From PVC group bacterium (GTDB taxonomy: Bacteria > Omnitrophota > Gorgyraeia > B26-G9), in the NCBI GenBank assembly GCA_024231215.1, contig JAAEQR010000195.1, forward strand, positions 14,755-78,754: 64,000 nucleotides of DNA, in the 5' to 3' direction. Positions 58,579 through 64,000 of this stretch are shown here, in pieces. The stretch's first letter is position 1; every line of letters begins with the position of its first letter. A program made the translations under genes and the position numbers. Below the pieces are notes generated by a model that was not told where the DNA came from, searched no databases, and was given only the letters and a program-made list of their open reading frames with translations.

Positions 58579-59292
58579 ATGATTGCGATAGTTCAACATA
58601 TAGCCATAGAAGGCCTGGGAGAGCTGGAAGCCTTATTAAAAAGATCCGGGTATGAAGTCGGGATTATCAAGTGTTTTAATAACGAGATATTCCCAGATGA
58701 TCTGGGGAATATCGAAGCGGTAATTACGCTTGGCGGGCCAATGAATGTATACGAAGAGCAGAGGTATCCGTTTTTAAAAGAAGAACAGAAGTTCTTAAAA
58801 AAGGTTATGAGATATCAAATTCCTTTGCTTGGTATTTGTCTGGGGGCGCAGCTTATAGCCAAGGCATGTGGAGCACAAGTAACAAAGGCTTCTCAGCCTG
58901 AGATTGGTTGGTATCCGGTTCGTTTGACAGAAGAAGGTAAATACGATTCTTTTTTTGCGCATATAGGTAAAAAAATCGATGTCTTTCAATGGCATGAAGA
59001 TACATTCGAGTTGCCGGAAGATGCTGTGCTTCTGGCTACATCTGATAGGTGTATTAACCAGGCTTTCCGGATCGGTAGTAATGTATATGGTTTGCAGTTT
59101 CATTTTGAAGTAACGGATCAGGAGATTAAAGAATGGTCAGGGTGCTATTTGGATAGCTTTGATCCTCAAACGAGGACTCGGACACAGAAAATGTTGACCC
59201 AATACGAAAAGATAAAATCTGAGGTTGCACACTATAAAATATTATTTGTGTATAATTTTTTAAAAGTCATAAAAGAGGTAGTTAGGGTTTAA
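58579..59292 (+). CDS. class I glutamine amidotransferase
   Basis: LGGPM, GICLGAQ, QWH, QFHFE triad. Confidence 0.92.
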   Translation: MIAIVQHIAIEGLGELEALLKRSGYEVGIIKCFNNEIFPDDLGNIEAVITLGGPMNVYEEQRYPFLKEEQKFLKKVMRYQIPLLGICLGAQLIAKACGAQVTKASQPEIGWYPVRLTEEGKYDSFFAHIGKKIDVFQWHEDTFELPEDAVLLATSDRCINQAFRIGSNVYGLQFHFEVTDQEIKEWSGCYLDSFDPQTRTRTQKMLTQYEKIKSEVAHYKILFVYNFLKVIKEVVRV

Positions 59293-59309
59293 AAAATTTT
59301 AAATAAGTG

Positions 59310-59326
59310 TGCTTAAAAAATAGGCA
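59310..59326. promoter_or_regulatory. Fis/NtrC-type palindromic site
   Basis: TGCTTAAAAAATAGGCA upstream of the Fis-like HTH gene. Confidence 0.45.
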
Positions 59327-59372
59327 TTAATTAATATATATATATAACTATAATTATATTAAGGAGATAGAA

Positions 59373-59630
59373 ATGGATAAGGGAGATAGGGAAGAGGTTT
59401 TTAGAGAGCGTGTAAAAGCGGCAGAACGCTTTTTTCTTGAAAAAAAGACAGGAGCGTTGTATAAACATATCCTTGAGATTGTAGAAAAGCCTTTGATAGA
59501 AATGGTTTTAGAGAAGACTGACGGCAACCAAAAGAAGGCAGCTGCAGTGCTTGGCATTAATAGAAATACCCTACACACAAAGATTAAAAAGCTGGGGGTT
59601 GATGTAAATAAATTTAAGTTTAATTATTAA
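59373..59630 (+). CDS. stand-alone Fis/NtrC-type HTH protein
   Basis: VEKPLI, GNQKKAAAVLGINRNTL. Confidence 0.9.
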   Translation: MDKGDREEVFRERVKAAERFFLEKKTGALYKHILEIVEKPLIEMVLEKTDGNQKKAAAVLGINRNTLHTKIKKLGVDVNKFKFNY

Positions 59631-59676
59631 TAGTATAAAGATATAATATAAAGAAGCAATGAGAGGATATATAAGT

Positions 59677-62600
59677 ATGGGGTTTTCACGTTTTCCAAAA
59701 AAACAAGGGTTATATGACCCTCAATTTGAAAAAGATTCCTGTGGTGTTGGGTTTGTCTGTAATATAAAAGGCAAAAAAAGTAATACCATTGTTAAAGACG
59801 GACTAGCTGTATTAAACCGCTTGGCGCACCGGGGTGCCGTAGGTGCAGATCCGAAAACAGGTGACGGAGCTGGTATTCTGATGCAGACTCCGCATGAATT
59901 TTTTAAATCTATAGCAGAGCAGATAAAAATAGAATTACCGGATTTTGGCAATTATGGGAGTGGTATTGTATTTTTGCCTACAGATGAAAAAGAACGTGAG
60001 CTTTGTAAAGATGTTTTTGTGAAAGTAATAAGAGAAGAAGAGCAGGTATTATTGGGCTGGCGTGATGTGCCGGTGGATAATTCTGAGATTGGCAAGGCTG
60101 CACAGGAGACACAGCCGAGGATTGAGCAGATATTCATCAAAAAGAACGAAAATATAAAAGATGCTTTGGATTTTGAACGGATTTTATACGTTATCCGCAA
60201 AAGAGTGGAAAACGAAATTAATACTTCTGATATAAAACAGAAATCATTCTTTTATATTACAAATATTTCCTATCGAACATTTAGTTATAAAGGGTTATTA
60301 ATGCCGCATCAGGTAGAGAGCTTTTTCCTGGATCTTCAGGATGAGCGTCTAGAGAGTGCAATTGCCCTTGTACATTCCAGATATAGTACTAATACTTTTC
60401 CGACCTGGGATTTAGCCCAGCCGTTTCGCTTCCTGGCGCATAACGGAGAGATCAATACATTGCGCGGTAATATTAACTGGATGAGGGCAAAGCAGGGACT
60501 TTTGCAGAGCTCTTTATTCGGAGATAAGATCGATGCAGTTAAGCCGGTTATTCTTCCTGATGGTAGTGACTCCGCGGCCTTAGATAATGTATTAGAGCTT
60601 TTAGTTCTTTCCGGAAGATCTTTGCCGCATGTAATGTCAATGCTGATTCCATCGGCTTGGGAGCAGAATAATATGATGAAAGATAAACTGCGTGATTTTT
60701 ATAAATATCATACTTGTTTGATGGAGCCTTGGGATGGTCCGGCGGCAGTTGCTGTTACGGACGGGGTAAGGATAAGCGCGGCATTAGACCGGAATGGTTT
60801 GCGTCCGGCACGATATATAGTGACCAAAGATGATTGTGTGGTTATGGGATCTGAAGTAGGAGTATTGGATATCCCGGATAATAATATTTTAGTCTCGGGT
60901 AGATTAGAGCCGGGCAAGATGTTTTATATTGATACTGAAGAAGGCAGGATTGTGCATGATCAGGAGGTAAAAGAAAAGCTGGCTACGGCAAAACCTTATG
61001 ATCAGTGGCTTAAAGATGAATTGATTGATTTAGAAGATGTGAAAGACGGCAAGGTTAGTCCGGAGAGTAAGCAATCTTTATTAAAGAGACAGACAATATT
61101 TGGTTATAGCCGGGAAGATTTGAGAATGTTGATCAAGCCTATGGCTGAGAATGGCCAGGAGCCGACCGGTTCGATGGGGAATGATACTCCTCATGCTGTT
61201 TTATCTCAGCGGCCGCAATTACTTTATAATTATTTTCGGCAGTTATTTGCTCAGGTTACAAATCCGGCAATTGATCCGATCCGGGAAGAAATAGTAATGA
61301 GTTTGGAATGTTATATGGGAGGTCGCCGGAATCTTTTAGATGAGATCCCGAAGCACTGTCATAAAGTGAGATTAGAAAATCCAATACTGACGAATGAACA
61401 ATTAGCCAAAATTAGAGATATTGATGAAAAAGGGTTTAAAACCAAGACGATATCGTTGCTTTTTGAAGTGGGAAAAGAAAATTCTTTTATGCAGGCATTG
61501 GATGATATTTGCAAGCAGGCAAGACAAGCTATAGATGAAGGGTATACTTTTATTATTCTGAGTGATCGGGGTGTAGATCAGAAGTATGCGGCATTACCGG
61601 CGCTTTTAGCTACTGGTGCGGTGCATCAGCATTTGGTAAAAGATGGTTCGCGTTCTCAGATTGCTTTGATTATTGAAAGTGGGGAGCCAAGAGAAGTGCA
61701 TCATTTCGCTGTACTGTTTGGGTTTGGTGCAGGCTGTGTGAATCCTTATCTTGCTTATGAGACGATTGATGATTTGATTGGTGAAGAGCAGATAGATCAT
61801 GATTTTAAAATCGCGCAGAAGAATTATATTAAAGCATTGAATAAAGGCATAAAGAAAATACTTTCTAAAATGGGTATCTCTACTTTGCAGGGATATCGCG
61901 GGGCTCAGATATTTGAAGCGTTAGGTTTAAATGATCAGGTTATAGAGCATTGCTTTAGCGGGACGATCTCTCGTATTAACGGTGCTGGGTTTGATGTGCT
62001 TGAACGGGAAACGATTATGCGGTATCAGGAAGCATACCCTGTGAGAGATTCTGAATCAAAGCATCTTGCCAGTGGTGGTGTTTATCAATGGCGTAAGGAC
62101 GGAGAATTTCATCTTTGGAATCCGGAGAGTATTGCGTTATTGCAGGATGCTACCCGGACTAATGATTATGATAAATATAAACAGTTTGCTGTGTGTATTA
62201 ATGATCAATCAAAAAACCCAACGACTTTGCGAAGTTTATTTAAGTTAAAAAAAGGAAAGGTTATTTCTATAGATGAAGTTGAACCAATAGAAGAGATATT
62301 TAAACGTTTTGCTACCGGTGCAATGAGCTTTGGTTCAATTAGCAAGGAAACTCATGAATCTTTGGCAATTGCGATGAATCGTATTGGCGGACGTTCTAAT
62401 ACCGGAGAGGGAGGAGAAGATACACAGCGTTTTATTCCTTTGCCTACGGGTGATTCACGGCGTAGTGCAATCAAGCAGATTGCTTCCGGAAGATTCGGTG
62501 TAACTACAAATTATTTGGTGAATGCAGATGAATTACAGATCAAGGTCGCGCAGGGCGCAAAGCCGGGTGAAGGTGGACAGCTGCCCGGACATAAGGTGAG

Positions 62601-64000
62601 TGCGATTATTGCCAAGACTCGTTATACTACGCCGGGGGTAACATTGATTTCTCCGCCGCCGCATCATGATATCTATTCGATTGAAGATCTGGCACAATTG
62701 ATATTTGATTTGAAAAATGTAAATTTGCGAGCGCGGGTTAGTGTAAAACTTGTTTCCGAAGTTGGTGTGGGGACTATTGCCGCGGGAGTAGCTAAAGGAT
62801 ATGCGGATATGATTTTGATTTCCGGTGGGGACGGCGGGACCGGAGCATCGCCATTGAGTTCTTTGCGTCATGCCGGACTGCCTTGGGAATTAGGGCTTTC
62901 TGAAACTCATCAGACTTTGGTGTTAAATGATTTAAGAAGCCGAGTGCGGTTGCAGACAGACGGGCAGATGCGTACGGGACGTGATATCGCGATTGCGGCA
63001 ATGTTAGGTGCTGAAGAGTACGGGTTTTGTACTGCGGCTTTAGTTATTTTAGGATGTATTATGCTTAGGCATTGCCATTTGAATAATTGTTCAGCCGGGG
63101 TCGCGACACAAGATGAAATATTGAGAAAACGGTTTAGGGGAAGGCCGGAATATGTAGTGAACTTCTTCCATTTTGTAGCCCAGGAATTAAGGGAGATCAT
63201 GGCCAAATTAGGGGTTCGTACAATTGATGAAATGATCGGCCGGACTGATTTATTGGAAGTAGATGAAGAAAACATTCCCTGGAAAGCAAAAGAGATTGAT
63301 TATTCACGGATTCTTTACCGGCCTCAAGCAGATAAAGAGGTTGGTGTATATTGTCAACGTAAACAGGAACATAAAATAGAAGATATTTTAGATCGTAAGC
63401 TGATTGATTTGGCAAAACCGGCGTTGGAAAGAGCCGAGGCAATTAAAGAAGAATTAACTATTCAGAATTTCGATCGTACTACCGGAGCAATGTTAAGCGG
63501 TGAAGTCATCAGGCATCACGGGGAAAGCGGGCTTTTAGAGGATACAATTCATTTTAAGTTCAAAGGAGTAGCCGGACAGAGCTTTGGAGCCTGGCTGATG
63601 AAAGGAATAACTTTTGAGCTGGAAGGATTAGCTAACGATTATATCGGAAAAGGTATTTTTGGCGGTAAGATAATTGTCTATCCGGGTAAAAAGAGTACTT
63701 ATGCTGCCGAGGAGAATAGTTTGATCGGAAATACTACTTTTTATGGGGCTATTTTCGGAGAAGCGTATATTCGCGGTTTAGCCGGAGAGCGTTTTTGTAT
63801 TCGCAATTCCGGATTGTACACGGTGGTAGAAGGTGTGGGTGATCATGGTTGTGAATATATGACTGGCGGTCGTGTGGTAATTCTCGGAAAGACCGGCCGG
63901 AATTTTGCAGCAGGTATGAGCGGTGGGATTGCGTATGTATATAATGAAGACGGAAATTTCAAGCAAAGATGTAATATGAGCATGGTGAATTTAGAAGAGC
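59677..64000 (+). CDS. gltB: glutamate synthase large subunit (3'-partial)
   Basis: Hand translation [54 protein letters not shown]; runs off the window so absent from the ORF track. Confidence 0.96.
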   Translation, partial: MGFSRFPKKQGLYDPQFEKDSCGVGFVCNIKGKKSNTIVKDGLAVLNRLAHRGAVGADPKTGDGAGILMQTPHEFFKSIAEQIKIELPDFGNYGSGIVFLPTDEKERELCKDVFVKVIREEEQVLLGWRDVPVDNSEIGKAAQETQPRIEQIFIKKNENIKDALDFERILYVIRKRVENEINTSDIKQKSFFYITNISYRTFSYKGLLMPHQVESFFLDLQDERLESAIALVHSRYSTNTFPTWDLAQPFRFLAHNGEINTLRGNINWMRAKQGLLQSSLFGDKIDAVKPVILPDGSDSAALDNVLELLVLSGRSLPHVMSMLIPSAWEQNNMMKDKLRDFYKYHTCLMEPWDGPAAVAVTDGVRISAALDRNGLRPARYIVTKDDCVVMGSEVGVLDIPDNNILVSGRLEPGKMFYIDTEEGRIVHDQEVKEKLATAKPYDQWLKDELIDLEDVKDGKVSPESKQSLLKRQTIFGYSREDLRMLIKPMAENGQEPTGSMGNDTPHAVLSQRPQLLYNYFRQLFAQVTNPAIDPIREEIVMSLECYMGGRRNLLDEIPKHCHKVRLENPILTNEQLAKIRDIDEKGFKTKTISLLFEVGKENSFMQALDDICKQARQAIDEGYTFIILSDRGVDQKYAALPALLATGAVHQHLVKDGSRSQIALIIESGEPREVHHFAVLFGFGAGCVNPYLAYETIDDLIGEEQIDHDFKIAQKNYIKALNKGIKKILSKMGISTLQGYRGAQIFEALGLNDQVIEHCFSGTISRINGAGFDVLERETIMRYQEAYPVRDSESKHLASGGVYQWRKDGEFHLWNPESIALLQDATRTNDYDKYKQFAVCINDQSKNPTTLRSLFKLKKGKVISIDEVEPIEEIFKRFATGAMSFGSISKETHESLAIAMNRIGGRSNTGEGGEDTQRFIPLPTGDSRRSAIKQIASGRFGVTTNYLVNADELQIKVAQGAKPGEGGQLPGHKVSAIIAKTRYTTPGVTLISPPPHHDIYSIEDLAQLIFDLKNVNLRARVSVKLVSEVGVGTIAAGVAKGYADMILISGGDGGTGASPLSSLRHAGLPWELGLSETHQTLVLNDLRSRVRLQTDGQMRTGRDIAIAAMLGAEEYGFCTAALVILGCIMLRHCHLNNCSAGVATQDEILRKRFRGRPEYVVNFFHFVAQELREIMAKLGVRTIDEMIGRTDLLEVDEENIPWKAKEIDYSRILYRPQADKEVGVYCQRKQEHKIEDILDRKLIDLAKPALERAEAIKEELTIQNFDRTTGAMLSGEVIRHHGESGLLEDTIHFKFKGVAGQSFGAWLMKGITFELEGLANDYIGKGIFGGKIIVYPGKKSTYAAEENSLIGNTTFYGAIFGEAYIRGLAGERFCIRNSGLYTVVEGVGDHGCEYMTGGRVVILGKTGRNFAAGMSGGIAYVYNEDGNFKQRCNMSMVNLEE

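Noticed and set aside
59721-63966. Many short ORFs in the track, mostly on the minus strand
   Set aside because: Shadows of gltB, which runs off the window end

Overview
AT-rich bacterial chromosomal window, mostly housekeeping genes. kdsB points to a diderm and the Ahb heme route, RnfG and ferredoxins point to an anaerobe; Candidatus Omnitrophota/PVC is an unverified guess. It holds folP-cdaA-cdaR-glmM-pdxJ-acpS-nnrD, tRNA-Thr/Tyr/Gly, a carbamoyltransferase-SxtJ-DUF5989 triad, a coiled-coil gene with fliW-csrA, kdsB/pyrE, a long mixed gene run (purH, folC, mnmE, aroK, dprA, comFB, cheC, cheR, system II cytochrome c maturation, heme synthesis, HD-GYP), ktrA, TPR-SpoIID, rpmB, trxA and a nitrogen cluster (GS III, partial gltB). 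Main highlights: (1) a divergent SecY paralog lacking the IPGIRPG loop and fused to a DUF2007-like domain; (2) a relic integron invisible in the ORF track, with an almost fully deleted intI but a consensus promoter, an attI-like core and attC sites; (3) tandem ANTAR-type attenuators before glnA and a similar element before the gltB unit; (4) a FliW-CsrA module with no flagellin nearby and CsrA-type sites on neighbouring leaders; (5) an unassigned structured leader at 54.4-54.5 kb. All calls are by-eye motif recognition; no searches were run.
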